Shown: one piece after another, positions 36,634 through 46,750 of the stretch | Position numbering within the stretch: position 1 is the first letter of the stretch | How the letters are laid out: every line of letters starts with the position of its first letter | Assembly (NCBI GenBank): GCA_016873675.1 | Contig: VGWG01000003.1 | Span: 3,626-67,625, forward strand | Length of the DNA stretch: 64,000 nucleotides | Source: Lentisphaerota bacterium | Lineage (GTDB): Bacteria; Verrucomicrobiota; Kiritimatiellia; RFP12; JAAYNR01 | Direction of reading: 5' to 3' | Position numbers and translations under genes: made by a program | Notes under the pieces: generated by a model | What the model was told of the DNA's origin: nothing | Seen by the model: the letters and a program-made list of their open reading frames with translations, nothing else | The model's database searches: none

Positions 36634-37338
36634 GTGACCGTCATGGAGCCATTGCTGGCATTGCAGGAGATTGATGGGCGCATTCGGGCTTTGCAGCAGG
36701 AGATTCAAGATCTGCCCGAGCGCAAAGAGCAGGAGAAGTCCCGTCTGAAGGGGGCGCTGGGCGTCCTCGCAGCCGCCCAGTCCAATCTGAAGATTACGCA
36801 GCTCACCCTAAACGCCGCCGAGGGCGAGGTGACCAACCGCAAGGAGCGGCTGGAGAAACTGCGACAGCAGCAGCAAGCGCTGAAGACCAACCGGGATTTC
36901 CAAGCCATGACCCACGAAATCACGCGGGCGATGGAGGAGGTTGAGCAGTGCGAGGCGCGGCAAATCGCCCTGATGGATGAGGTCACGCCGGCTGCGGCCC
37001 GTGTGGCGGAGGCACAGGCGAAACTCAGCGACGAGACGGAGATCGTGAACCGTTATCTGCAGGAGCTGGACCGGCGCATGGCCGACGGGCAGACGGAGTT
37101 GAGCCGGTGTCTGGCCGAACGGACCGACGCTTTGAAGGCGGTGACATCGCAACAGGCGCTGCTGGCCTACACCCGTCTGCTGCCGAAGCGCTGGCCGGTG
37201 CTCGTCCCGCTTGAGGGCGGCACGGTCTGCGGCGGCTGCCATCTGACTCAGCCCCCGCAAATGGCGCATCTCGTTCGGCGTAACGCGGGCATTGTGTCCT
37301 GCCAAACGTGCGGGAGGATTTTGTATTCGGCCGATTGA
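36634..37338 (+). CDS. Coiled-coil C4 zinc-ribbon protein (CT398/DUF164-like)
   Basis: LLALQEID, long coiled coil, CGGCH...CQTCGRILY. Confidence 0.9.
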   Translation: MTVMEPLLALQEIDGRIRALQQEIQDLPERKEQEKSRLKGALGVLAAAQSNLKITQLTLNAAEGEVTNRKERLEKLRQQQQALKTNRDFQAMTHEITRAMEEVEQCEARQIALMDEVTPAAARVAEAQAKLSDETEIVNRYLQELDRRMADGQTELSRCLAERTDALKAVTSQQALLAYTRLLPKRWPVLVPLEGGTVCGGCHLTQPPQMAHLVRRNAGIVSCQTCGRILYSAD

Positions 37339-37341
37339 CTC

Positions 37342-37735
37342 TGACAGGTTCGCAGGAGGTGACCGACCGCCCGCGCGCGGGAGACCGCTGCACGGGAGGA
37401 AAGTCCGGACTCCAGAGGGCGGGATGCCCCGTGGTTAACGCGGGGAAGGCGCTGCCATATCGGCGCCGATGGAAAGTGCCACAGAGACATACCGCCGACG
37501 GCTTCGGCCGTCGGTAAGGGTGAAAAGGCGGTGTAAGAGACCACCGGGCGGTTGCGTAAGCGCCGTCGCCAGGCAAACCCCATCCGGAGCAAGACCAAAT
37601 AGGGAGTTTCAGGCGCTGCCCGCGCCGCCCGGCTTCGGCCGGAAGACTCCGGGTTGGTCGCATAGTCGAATGGTCGGGTGGACGCCGCAAGGTATCCAAC
37701 AGAATCCGGCTTATGATCCTCCTGCGGGCCTGTCA
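37342..37735 (+). ncRNA. rnpB: RNase P RNA (type A)
   Basis: GAGGAAAGTCCGGACTCC, GGAAAGTGCCACAG, GGTGAAAAGGCGGTGTAAGAG, GGCAAACCCCATCCGGAGCAAG, ACAGAATCCGGCTTA; ends pair (37342-37359 with 37718-37735). Confidence 0.96.
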
Positions 37736-37737
37736 CT

Positions 37738-38955
37738 TTAGCGCATGGTGATTGTGCTGTCACATCGTTCGCCGGGACGGCTGCCGGTGACGGTGAGAAG
37801 CACCCGGATACTCTGTGCATCGGCGGGGATCGTGAGCGGTGTGCCGGTCTGGCCCTGCACCCAGAAGATCCGGCGCATACCGGTCGCGGCATCACAAACG
37901 ATTTGGATGGTCATGTCGCGGTACAGGATGGACTGGGTGAACACCTGCGGGCGTGCCTTGCCGCATTGAACGATGATCTGCACGGCAGGACCGGTGTCCC
38001 TGCTGGGTGCCAGAGCCTTGGAGGTGATCTGGAACGTCGCCTCCAACTGTTTGGCCGACGGGACCAACCAGCGAATCGCCTTGCCCATCCACACGAGATC
38101 ACGCATATCGACGGACCGCTGGGCGACCACGCGCACCCCATCGGCTCGGATCTGGCCGAGTTCCTTGTCAAACGTGAGCGACAGTTCGTCGGGCAGGTCG
38201 GGATGGTCAAAAAGCGATCCCTCCTGAGCGTAGCTGGCGACTTTATCGAGCGTCCACGTGCGCCAGGGGGCTTCGGCCCGCGCGCCGGATGTTTCCTCAG
38301 CCGGACCGCCCTGCATGGGCGGCACCCGTCCCAACCGTTCAAGCGCGCGGCTTTCGATCGCGACGAACAGCTGATTCTCGGCCAGCATCTTGCGCCAGTA
38401 ATCGGCCTCCTTTTTGACGAGCACCGCATCGGAGATGCGGTTGCGGATCGTCAGATCTTTGATGATCGCATCGAGCCGTGCGGTGAGCCGCGCGGTGAGA
38501 TCGGCAAGCTGCTTGTTTCGAAGTTCGGCCTGGTCCACTCGGCTCTTCAGATAGGCGTCCTGCAACTGGCGGAGCACCGCAGGCGTTTTGACCAGCGCGG
38601 ATTCGGGCATCTCGGGAACCAGTTCAAACGGATCGGCGTCGCCCGTGATGGCCTTGATGAACCGATCCGTCTCATCCCTGATGGCCAGAATGCCTTCCAG
38701 ATCACCGGCGTCCTGCAACCTGCGTCTGACCACCGCGAGCTGGTTCGTGTAATTACGCGGCGGAGCGGCCACCATTTCCTCGTGCTGGCTTTGGATCTTG
38801 GCGCACTCGGCATCAAACACCGCCAGCGCTTGGACGACTTCGGGGTGCGTTCCGTTCTGGGCGGCTGCGGACACAGCCAGCGCAAGTGCAGCGCACAGCG
38901 CCCCACACCCGGTCAAGGCCGCACGAACTGGTTGAAGAATAGTCATAATGGGCAT
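37738..38955 (-). CDS. Exported hypothetical protein with N-terminal helical/coiled-coil repeats
   Basis: Signal peptide ALALAVSAAA; long ORF with typical codon usage; start 38955 or 38946. Confidence 0.7.
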   Translation of the reverse strand: MPIMTILQPVRAALTGCGALCAALALAVSAAAQNGTHPEVVQALAVFDAECAKIQSQHEEMVAAPPRNYTNQLAVVRRRLQDAGDLEGILAIRDETDRFIKAITGDADPFELVPEMPESALVKTPAVLRQLQDAYLKSRVDQAELRNKQLADLTARLTARLDAIIKDLTIRNRISDAVLVKKEADYWRKMLAENQLFVAIESRALERLGRVPPMQGGPAEETSGARAEAPWRTWTLDKVASYAQEGSLFDHPDLPDELSLTFDKELGQIRADGVRVVAQRSVDMRDLVWMGKAIRWLVPSAKQLEATFQITSKALAPSRDTGPAVQIIVQCGKARPQVFTQSILYRDMTIQIVCDAATGMRRIFWVQGQTGTPLTIPADAQSIRVLLTVTGSRPGERCDSTITMR

Positions 38956-39186
38956 GCTCTCGTAAAAAAACGTCAGAAAATTATCACAAGCGGCGGACGG
39001 ATTCAACCTAAAACCGACACCCCTTGCAATCGCTTTCCCTCGACCGCAGGCTCGCCTCTTTTTCCTATGCTTGCAATTCTCACCCAGTCGCGATATCCTC
39101 AATCCCGAAAAACGGTGGAGTCGTGATCATGATGTCTTGTGTCTTTGTGACTTTTCCTGCTTGAAAAATACACATACGGAGCCGAT

Positions 39187-40593
39187 ATGCCTTCGGTCTT
39201 GATAGTTGACGACGAACCGCGGATTCTGACGTTGCTCAGCAGCCTGCTCAAAACGAACGCGATCGAGTCCGTCTCGGCGCGGGACGGCACGCAAGCGCTG
39301 AAAGCCCTCACCGAGCAGACGTTTGACTGCATCGTTTCCGATATCCGCATGTCGCCCATGGATGGCATGGAGTTGTTCCGCAAAGTGTGCGTCGCGAACC
39401 CGGATATCCCTTTTGTCATGCTGACGGCGTACGGCACGGTTGAGAGCGCCATCGAGGCCATGCGTCTGGGGGCCTTTGATTATCTCACCAAGCCCTTCAA
39501 GATCGACGACTTCCTCACGGTGATCCGTCGCGCCATCGCGTACAAAAGCGTCGTCGGCAATCAGGCGCAGGTGCCGATCACCGCCGAGCAAACCCGGTTC
39601 GAACATGTCATCGCGGAAAGCGATCCGATGAAGAAAGCCTGTGAGGTGGTGAGGCGCGTGGCCCCCACCGACGCCACCGTCCTGATCGAGGGAGAAAGCG
39701 GCACCGGCAAAGAGGTCATCGCGCGCGCGCTACACGAGAACAGCCTGCGCAAAGACAAGCCATTCATTGCCGTCAACTGCGCCGCCATCCCCGAGAATCT
39801 GATGGAGTCGGAAATGTTCGGCCACATCCGCGGCTCATTCACCGGCGCGACCACCGATAAGATGGGGCTCTTCGAGGCCGCAAACGGCGGCACCCTCTTT
39901 CTGGATGAGGTCACGTCCCTGCCGTTGGCGCTGCAGGGCAAGCTCCTCCGCGTCCTGCAGGAGCAGGAGATCCGGCGTGTCGGCGCCACCGCATCCATGA
40001 AAGTCGACGTGCGGGTGCTCGCCGCCTCAAACGCGAAACTCGAGGAGAAGGTCAAGAAAAACGCCTTCCGGCAGGATCTGTACTACCGCATCGCCGTCAT
40101 CACCATTGACCTCCCTCCGCTTCGCGAGCGGATCGCGGACATCCTCCCGCTCGCGCGGCATTTCCTCTCCTGCGAGACCATCCGGGGCCGCGGCGAACAC
40201 CGCCTCTCCCGGGAGGCGGCCGACATTCTGATCCGGCATGTGTGGCCGGGCAATGTCCGAGAACTCGAGAACGCCATCCGCCACGCCGTCACGTTTGCCG
40301 ATGGCGACGAGATCACCCAAGACCTCCTGCCGCCGCGGATCGTCTCCTCGGCCGCGAGCAACCCCACCCCGGCCATCGCCGCATCCGAGGTGGAAGCCGC
40401 CAGCGATTGTTACCGCAACCAATCGCTCCGCGCCTTCCTGCGTGAGAAGGAGAAGGAATACCTCGAACAGATTCTTTCCAAGTCCAACGGCAACAAGGAG
40501 AAAGCGGCCAAAGCCCTCAAGATCAGCCTCGCCACCCTCTATCGCAAACTCCCCGAAGGCGAAGCCAGCCCGTCGGTCGATGATCAGGAGTAA
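39187..40593 (+). CDS. Sigma-54-dependent response regulator (NtrC/AtoC/PilR family)
   Basis: Receiver domain (VDDE, SDIRM, KPF), [24 protein letters not shown], Fis-type HTH. Confidence 0.95.
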   Translation: MPSVLIVDDEPRILTLLSSLLKTNAIESVSARDGTQALKALTEQTFDCIVSDIRMSPMDGMELFRKVCVANPDIPFVMLTAYGTVESAIEAMRLGAFDYLTKPFKIDDFLTVIRRAIAYKSVVGNQAQVPITAEQTRFEHVIAESDPMKKACEVVRRVAPTDATVLIEGESGTGKEVIARALHENSLRKDKPFIAVNCAAIPENLMESEMFGHIRGSFTGATTDKMGLFEAANGGTLFLDEVTSLPLALQGKLLRVLQEQEIRRVGATASMKVDVRVLAASNAKLEEKVKKNAFRQDLYYRIAVITIDLPPLRERIADILPLARHFLSCETIRGRGEHRLSREAADILIRHVWPGNVRELENAIRHAVTFADGDEITQDLLPPRIVSSAASNPTPAIAASEVEAASDCYRNQSLRAFLREKEKEYLEQILSKSNGNKEKAAKALKISLATLYRKLPEGEASPSVDDQE

Positions 40594-40599
40594 GAATCA

Positions 40600-41877
40600 A
40601 TGGCGTACGAAGTGCTGGCCCGAAAGTGGCGTCCCGCGCAGTTTGACGATGTGGTGGGGCAGTCGCATGTGACCCGGACGCTGAAGAACGCGATCGAGAG
40701 CAACCGCGTGGCGCATGCGTATCTGTTCGTGGGGCCCCGCGGCATCGGCAAGACCACCCTCTCGCGCATTTTCGCCAAAGCGCTCAACTGCCTGGCGTCG
40801 GACAGGCCCACCATCACTCCGTGCGGCGTCTGTGACCTGTGCCGCGAGATCGCGACGGGAAATTCGTTTGACGTGCTGGAAATCGACGGCGCGTCGAACA
40901 ACGGGGTCGATCAGGTGCGCGACCTGCGCGATCAGGTGCAGTTCGCCCCCGCCAGGGGCCGCTTCCGCATCATCATCATCGACGAAGTTCACATGCTGTC
41001 GGCCTCCGCGTTCAACGCGCTGCTCAAGACGCTCGAGGAGCCGCCGCCGCACGTCAAGTTCATCTTCGCCACCACCGAGGGCGACAAGATCCCGCCGACG
41101 ATCATCTCGCGCTGCCAGCGCTTCGACCTGCGCCGCATCCACACCGCGCTCATCGTCGAACGGTTGCGCATGATCTGCGAACAGGAGCATGTGGCGATCA
41201 CCGACGACGCCCTGCTGGCCGTGGCCCGCGGTGCGGACGGCGGCATGCGCGACGCCCAGTCCGCCCTGGACCAGTTGATCTCATTCAAGGGCGATACGCT
41301 CACGGAGGACGACGTCCTCGCCGTTTTCGGCCTCGTATCGCGCCGGTCGCTCGAAACGCTCGCCGGCCACATCCTCACCGGCGGCCTGGCCGACATCCTC
41401 CGGCTGGTCGCCCTGTTCGATAGCGCCGGCAAGGACCTGCGGCGGCTCGTCGCCGAGTTGCTCGACCATTTCCGCAACCTCCTCGTGTTCCAGCATGTCG
41501 GCGCCGATGCGGGGAGCCTCGACGCCACCCCGGAGCAGATTCACACGCTGGCCCTGCAAGCCGAGACGTCCGACCCGGCGCGCGTGTTGAGGGTGGCCGA
41601 GATGCTCGCCGAAACCGAAGGCCGACTGCGCCATGCGCTGAACGTACGCACCCTGCTCGAGACCGCCCTGATCCGCTGCGCGCGCGCCAGTACAACCGTC
41701 ACCCTGGAGGACGTGATCAAGCGACTGAACGCGATCCGGAGCGCCGAGCCGCCGCCCGCCGCCCCGGCGGCGCCCGAGCGGAATCCGGCGGCGCGGCGGC
41801 AGCAGGTTTTCGACGATCCGGCGGTCAAGCGGGCGATGGAGCTCTTTGACGGAGACGTGGTCGGCATCGAGGAGTGA
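40600..41877 (+). CDS. dnaX: DNA polymerase III subunit gamma/tau
   Basis: LARKWRP, GPRGIGKTT, EIDGASNNGVD, IDEVHML, LLKTLEEPP, SRC. Confidence 0.96.
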   Translation: MAYEVLARKWRPAQFDDVVGQSHVTRTLKNAIESNRVAHAYLFVGPRGIGKTTLSRIFAKALNCLASDRPTITPCGVCDLCREIATGNSFDVLEIDGASNNGVDQVRDLRDQVQFAPARGRFRIIIIDEVHMLSASAFNALLKTLEEPPPHVKFIFATTEGDKIPPTIISRCQRFDLRRIHTALIVERLRMICEQEHVAITDDALLAVARGADGGMRDAQSALDQLISFKGDTLTEDDVLAVFGLVSRRSLETLAGHILTGGLADILRLVALFDSAGKDLRRLVAELLDHFRNLLVFQHVGADAGSLDATPEQIHTLALQAETSDPARVLRVAEMLAETEGRLRHALNVRTLLETALIRCARASTTVTLEDVIKRLNAIRSAEPPPAAPAAPERNPAARRQQVFDDPAVKRAMELFDGDVVGIEE

Positions 41878-41888
41878 GGCGGGGCGTG

Positions 41889-42656
41889 ATGCAAGGCGTG
41901 AAGAAGAACCGGCTCGACGCCATCGTCGTGGCGCGCGGCCTCGCCGCGAGCCGCGAACAGGCGCAGCGGCTCATCCTCGCGGGCGCCGTGCGGGTCAACG
42001 GTCAGGTCGCCGCCAAGGCGGGGCACACCTTCGATGACGATGCCGTGATCGAGCGGACCGCGCAGCCGCGCTTTGTCAGCCGCGGCGGCGATAAGCTCGA
42101 GGGCGCCTTCGCCGCCTTCCCGATCACCGTCGCGGGACTCGACTGCGTGGACGTCGGCGCCTCCACGGGCGGCTTCACCGACTGTCTCCTGCAGCATGGC
42201 GCGGCGCGGGTCGTGGCGGTGGACGTGGGACGGGCGCAGTTGCACGGACGGCTGCGGCAGGATCCGCGGGTCACCGTGATCGAGGGGTTGAACGCGCGTT
42301 ATCTCACGCCGGCGCATCTCCCGTTTGTGCCGCAGTTCGGTGTGACCGATGTCTCGTTCATCTCGCTGCGGCTGATCCTGCCGCCGCTGGCCGCCGCGCT
42401 GGCGCCGGGCAGCGGGCTGATCTCGCTGATCAAGCCGCAGTTCGAGGCCGGGCGCGGCCAAGCCCCCAAAGGCGTCGTACGCGACCCGACGGTGCGCGAG
42501 GCGGTCGTGGCCGCGATTCGCGCCTTCGGTACGGGCGTGATCGGACTGGAATGGCTGGGGGTCGAGACGTCGCCGCTGCTCGGCCCCGAGGGCAATGTGG
42601 GGGTTATGGCCTATTGGCGGACACCGGGAAGAAAACAACGGGAGGCGAACGCATGA
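41889..42656 (+). CDS. tlyA: TlyA family rRNA 2'-O-methyltransferase
   Basis: S4 domain, FVSRGGDKL, DVGASTGGFTD, DVSFISL, LIKPQFE. Confidence 0.94.
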   Translation: MQGVKKNRLDAIVVARGLAASREQAQRLILAGAVRVNGQVAAKAGHTFDDDAVIERTAQPRFVSRGGDKLEGAFAAFPITVAGLDCVDVGASTGGFTDCLLQHGAARVVAVDVGRAQLHGRLRQDPRVTVIEGLNARYLTPAHLPFVPQFGVTDVSFISLRLILPPLAAALAPGSGLISLIKPQFEAGRGQAPKGVVRDPTVREAVVAAIRAFGTGVIGLEWLGVETSPLLGPEGNVGVMAYWRTPGRKQREANA

Positions 42657-43513
42657 AACGGGTCGGCGTGATGGTCAATTGTCGCAAGGCGCATGCCGCA
42701 GAAGCCGTGCGTCTGGTCGCAGCCGAGGCCGCTGCGGCCGGGCTGGAACTGCTGGCCGACAGCCGGGCCGCCGTCGTCGCCGGCGCGGTGCCGCTGTGCC
42801 CGCTCGCGGACTTCCAGACGCGCGTCGAAGCGGTGCTCGTTCTGGGCGGGGATGGCACGGTGCTCGAGGCCGCTCGCCAGTTTCAAGGCCAGGATCTGCC
42901 GCTCATGGGACTGAACATCGGGTCGCTCGGCTATCTCACCTGTGTCGGCGACGCCCAGTTCGGCGAGGCGGTTCGTGCCCTGCGACACGATGCCGTCACC
43001 CGTGATCGGCGCTCGACCCTCGCCGGCCGGATTGCTCGGACGGGCCGGGACGGGGAGGAGCTGGCAGATGCCCTCAATGAAGTCGTGATCAGCCGCGGCG
43101 CGGCGGGCCGGCTGATCTGGCTCGATCTGGAACTCGACGGCGAAGCGGTGATGACGACGGCCTGCGACGGCCTCGTGGTCTCCACGCCCACGGGCAGCAC
43201 TGCCTATGCGCTGGCGACGGGCGGGCCGATCCTCCTCCCCGCGACACCCGCGCTGGAGATCGCCGTGATTTGCCCCCACTCCCTCTCCTTCCGGCCGCTG
43301 GTGGTGCCCGACTCGACGACCGTGGCGATCCGCCTGGCGCGGGCCTCCGCCGCCGCTCCGGTGGTCTCGGTGGACGGTCAGGACGACATCCCGCTCGCCT
43401 TCGGCGACCGGGTCGAACTGCGGCGCAGCCCGCGCGGCGTGACCCTCCTCCATCTCCCCGGTTACAACCCCTGCTCCGTGATGAACCGCAAACTCGGCTG
43501 GGGCGGCCGGTGA
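42653..43513 (+). CDS. nadK: NAD kinase
   Basis: LGGDGT, GSLGYL, ALNE, DGLVVSTPTGSTAY; ATGA overlap with tlyA. Confidence 0.94.
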   Translation: MKRVGVMVNCRKAHAAEAVRLVAAEAAAAGLELLADSRAAVVAGAVPLCPLADFQTRVEAVLVLGGDGTVLEAARQFQGQDLPLMGLNIGSLGYLTCVGDAQFGEAVRALRHDAVTRDRRSTLAGRIARTGRDGEELADALNEVVISRGAAGRLIWLDLELDGEAVMTTACDGLVVSTPTGSTAYALATGGPILLPATPALEIAVICPHSLSFRPLVVPDSTTVAIRLARASAAAPVVSVDGQDDIPLAFGDRVELRRSPRGVTLLHLPGYNPCSVMNRKLGWGGR

Positions 43514-43537
43514 TCCGGGAGGCGGGAGGCGCAGCGC

Positions 43538-44206
43538 TCACGCCTTCAGTCCGGGCAGAAACTGCAGCGCATCCTGGACGGGGCGGAAGCTCCGACGGTG
43601 CTGGGGACAGGGACCGTGGCGGAAGAGCGCCGCGATATGGTCGCGCACGCCATACCCCTTGTTCGAGTCAAACCCGTACGCCGGATAACGCGCCGCCAAT
43701 TCTTCCATATGCCGGTCACGCAGCACCTTGGCGACCACGCTGGCGGCGGCGATGAGAAAGCTTTTGGCATCGCCCCTGACAATCGCGGTGGATGGGCAGG
43801 GAAGTCCCGAAACCGGCAGGCCATCGACCAACACGTGGCCGGCCAGCAGCGGCAGCGCCGCCACGGCGCGGCGCATCGCCAAGTGGGTCGCGCCCAAGAT
43901 GTTGAGGTCGTCGATCTCGGCAGGGCTGCACCAGCCGACGCCGATTTGGATGTCGGGAGCGCACGTCAGGAGGTCGTAGAATGCGGCGCGACGGGCGGGG
44001 GTGAGCTGTTTGCTATCCGTCAGACCGGCGAGCGGTCCCGCATAGGCGCGTTCGGCCGTAAGCGGCGCCATCGTCACGGCGCCCGCCACGACCGGGCCCG
44101 CCAGCGGCCCCCGGCCGGCCTCGTCCACGCCGGCGAGCACCTGGTCGGGAAACCTCCGCCACCAAACCCGTTCCTCGGCCAGCAAATCAATGGGAATGCG
44201 GAGCAT
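43538..44206 (-). CDS. rnhB: Ribonuclease HII
   Basis: GVDEAGRGPLAGPV, DSKQL, IAAASVVAKV, NKGY, HRRSF. Confidence 0.96.
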   Translation of the reverse strand: MLRIPIDLLAEERVWWRRFPDQVLAGVDEAGRGPLAGPVVAGAVTMAPLTAERAYAGPLAGLTDSKQLTPARRAAFYDLLTCAPDIQIGVGWCSPAEIDDLNILGATHLAMRRAVAALPLLAGHVLVDGLPVSGLPCPSTAIVRGDAKSFLIAAASVVAKVLRDRHMEELAARYPAYGFDSNKGYGVRDHIAALFRHGPCPQHRRSFRPVQDALQFLPGLKA

Positions 44207-44236
44207 ACCCGGCCTGTCGCGATCACGCTGTCCGGC

Positions 44237-44584
44237 TCACGCCTGGCGCAGGCGGGCCTTTTTGCCGGTCAATTCGCGCAGATAATAGAGCTTCGCCCGG
44301 CGGATCTTGGACGAACGCTCGATCTCGATCTTTTCGATAAAAGGCGAGTTCACGGGAAAGACCTTCTCGACGCCGACGCCAAAGGAGATGCGGCGCACCG
44401 TGAACGTCGCCGTGGCGGCCTTGCCGCCGTCGCAAGCGATCACCGTTCCAGCGAAGACCTGCACGCGTTCCTTGTCTCCTTCTTTGATCTTAACGTGTAC
44501 GCGCACGCTGTCGCCGATTTTATACGACAGCGGATCCTGCTTCATGGACTCTTTGTTGATCGTGTCAATCGCGTTCGCAATCAT
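44237..44584 (-). CDS. rplS: 50S ribosomal protein L19
   Basis: [28 protein letters not shown]. Confidence 0.97.
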   Translation of the reverse strand: MIANAIDTINKESMKQDPLSYKIGDSVRVHVKIKEGDKERVQVFAGTVIACDGGKAATATFTVRRISFGVGVEKVFPVNSPFIEKIEIERSSKIRRAKLYYLRELTGKKARLRQA

Positions 44585-44614
44585 CGTGTTTCTCCTCGTT
44601 CTGCAAATCCGTTT

Positions 44615-45322
44615 TTATCCGTTCGTTGTCGCCGGCCGCGCGGCCAGTAAATCCGGCCTGCGCGCCGCCGTCCGTTCAAGCGCCTCACGCCGCCGCCAAG
44701 CTGCGATCGTGCCATGGTCGCCGCTCAGCAGCACATCCGGCACCCGCAGCCCCCGGTATTCAGGCGGGCGGGTGTACTGCGGATGTTCGAGCCGATTCTC
44801 CGTGAAGGACTCGTCCTGCGTCGCCTGAGGTCCGCCGCCCAGCACGCCGGGCAGCAGCCGCACCACCGCGTCAATCACCACCGCCGCCGGCAGCGCGCCG
44901 TTCGTCAGCACATAATCGCCGATCGACAGCTCATCCGTCACGCACGCCTCGCGCACCCGCTCATCCACCCCCTCATAGTGGCCGCAGATGAACACCAGGT
45001 GCGTTTCGTGCGCCAGCCGCCGCGCCTCGCCCTGATCGAACCGGCGTCCCGAGGGGGACATCAGGATCACCCGCGAGGCCGGAGTCCGCACCGCATCCAC
45101 CGCCTTCATCACGGGCTCGGGCTTCAGAATCATCCCGGGCCCCCCGCCGTATGGCCGGTCATCCACCGTCCGGCGCACATCCTGCGAATAGTCCCGCAGG
45201 TCAATGGTCCGCAGTTCCACCGCCTTGAAATTCACCGCCCGCTTGATCATGCTTTCCGCGAAGAAGCCGGCCAGCATGCCTGGGAACACGGTGATCACAT
45301 CAATGCGCAGGGGGGTTGCCAT
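44615..45322 (-). CDS. trmD: tRNA (guanine-N1)-methyltransferase
   Basis: VDDRPYGGGPGM, CGHYEGVDER, SIGDYVL, YTRP; start ATG 45322. Confidence 0.96.
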   Translation of the reverse strand: MATPLRIDVITVFPGMLAGFFAESMIKRAVNFKAVELRTIDLRDYSQDVRRTVDDRPYGGGPGMILKPEPVMKAVDAVRTPASRVILMSPSGRRFDQGEARRLAHETHLVFICGHYEGVDERVREACVTDELSIGDYVLTNGALPAAVVIDAVVRLLPGVLGGGPQATQDESFTENRLEHPQYTRPPEYRGLRVPDVLLSGDHGTIAAWRRREALERTAARRPDLLAARPATTNG

Positions 45323-45351
45323 GGGGGTCCGATCCCCGCCCGCCGGGGCGT

Positions 45352-45606
45352 TCAAGCCTGAACGGCGGCGCGTTTGCCGCGACGCACCAGATTGGCGACG
45401 GTTTCGCTCATCTGGGCGCCCTGGCTCCGCCAATAGTCAATGCGTTCCTGATCCAGCTTGTAGTTCTCTCCCTCGAGCTTGGGGTCATACCACCCCAGCA
45501 TCTCAAGGAACTTCCCGTCGCGCGGCGAACGCCCGTCCGCCGCCACGACGCGATACGACACACAGTTGTTGCAACCTGTCCTGCGAAGTCTGATTTTGAC
45601 TGCCAT
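45352..45606 (-). CDS. rpsP: 30S ribosomal protein S16
   Basis: MAVKIRLRR, RSPRDGKFLE, GAQMSETV. Confidence 0.97.
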   Translation of the reverse strand: MAVKIRLRRTGCNNCVSYRVVAADGRSPRDGKFLEMLGWYDPKLEGENYKLDQERIDYWRSQGAQMSETVANLVRRGKRAAVQA

Positions 45607-45752
45607 TGCTCCTCCATGAAACCCGTACTATAGCATCCCCGCCGTCGGCTGGCAAGCGCAATTCTGACCCCATTCTGACCTTCCGTATTTCCTGTTGACT
45701 CATCTGCTATTCGCGAATATCGTATGGGCGAGAATGGGTCAGGGGAATACGC

Positions 45753-46034
45753 GTGAAAAGGCTTCATCTACACGTATTTGGCCGGGTGCAGGGGGTGGGG
45801 TTTCGCTTCACCTGCTGCCGCCAGGCGCGTGCGCTGGGGTTGTCCGGCTGGGTGCGCAACCTTCCTGACGACAGCGTGGAGATCGTCGCGGAGGGTTCCC
45901 CCGCCGCTCTCAAAGCCCTCAGCGACTGGTGCCACCGGGGTCCGACCTTTGCCGAAGTCGAACGCATCACCGAGACTCCCGAACCCGCGCTTGGGGACAT
46001 GACTGCGTTCGAAATCAAAGACCTGCTCTTTTGA
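45753..46034 (+). CDS. acyP: Acylphosphatase
   Basis: GRVQGVGFR, GWVRN. Confidence 0.93.
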   Translation: MKRLHLHVFGRVQGVGFRFTCCRQARALGLSGWVRNLPDDSVEIVAEGSPAALKALSDWCHRGPTFAEVERITETPEPALGDMTAFEIKDLLF

Positions 46035-46060
46035 TAGCCACCCCCCTGTTGCCGGGGAAG

Positions 46061-46084
46061 AAAGGCCATGAGAATGGCCTTTTT
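46061..46084. terminator. Hairpin terminator, probably bidirectional, between acyP and tRNA-Leu
   Basis: AAAGGCCAT-gaga-ATGGCCTTTTT. Confidence 0.7.
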
Positions 46085-46089
46085 GAAGC

Positions 46090-46174
46090 TGGTGCACCCG
46101 GAGGGACTTGAACCCCCACGCCTCTCGGCATAAGAACCTGAATCTTACGTGTCTGCCAATTTCACCACGGGTGC
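46090..46174 (-). tRNA. tRNA-Leu(CAG)
   Basis: GCACCCGTGGTGAAATTGGCAGACACG, anticodon arm TAAGA-TTCAGGT-TCTTA, long variable arm, GGTTCAAGTCC, CCA end. Confidence 0.96.
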
Positions 46175-46328
46175 GAACATTGCGCGGATAATGACAAAAA
46201 AACGGCCACCCGTCAATGTGAATTTGAATCGGTGAATCTGAATGGGCTCAACCGACGTCACGCGCCGACCGTCTGGACCCATCGGTCGAAGGCGTGGCCG
46301 GGCCCGTCGGCAAGCCGGTGTTTGAGGG

Positions 46329-46550
46329 CTACAAGGCGCGAACGACGGTGATCTCGGGATCGACCGACTCGCGGAGCGCCCGTTCAATGCCGTGCTTGAG
46401 CGTGGCGGCGGCGTGGGGGCAGCAGCCGCAGGCGCCGCGCAGCTTGAGGGTAACGGTCTTGCCCGCGATCGATACGAGTTCCAGATCGCCCCCATCGGCC
46501 TGCAACAGGCCGCGGAGTTCTTCGAGTTTTACTTGGATGGCTTGGTCCAT
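46329..46550 (-). CDS. NifU family (Nfu-type) Fe-S scaffold protein
   Basis: LQADGGDLELV...LRGACGCCP. Confidence 0.9.
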   Translation of the reverse strand: MDQAIQVKLEELRGLLQADGGDLELVSIAGKTVTLKLRGACGCCPHAAATLKHGIERALRESVDPEITVVRAL

Positions 46551-46750
46551 GGCTGATCCTTTCATCACGTGAGCGGCGTCATGCGCTCATTCGAGCGCCC
46601 GTACTTAAACAGATTTTGCAGCGCTTGTCCACTTCCAACACTGTGGATTCGCAATGCTTGTTTCTGGACTTGCCCCGCGTGACGGTTTGTGATTACATGT
46701 GCCCAAGGGAATCAGGAACCGGAGCACACACCTCCTCAAAGGGCTGACGT

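Noticed and set aside
37342-37735. Extended approx. 18-bp P1 helix of RNase P RNA as a novelty
   Set aside because: Within plausible variation and may simply reflect precursor pairing
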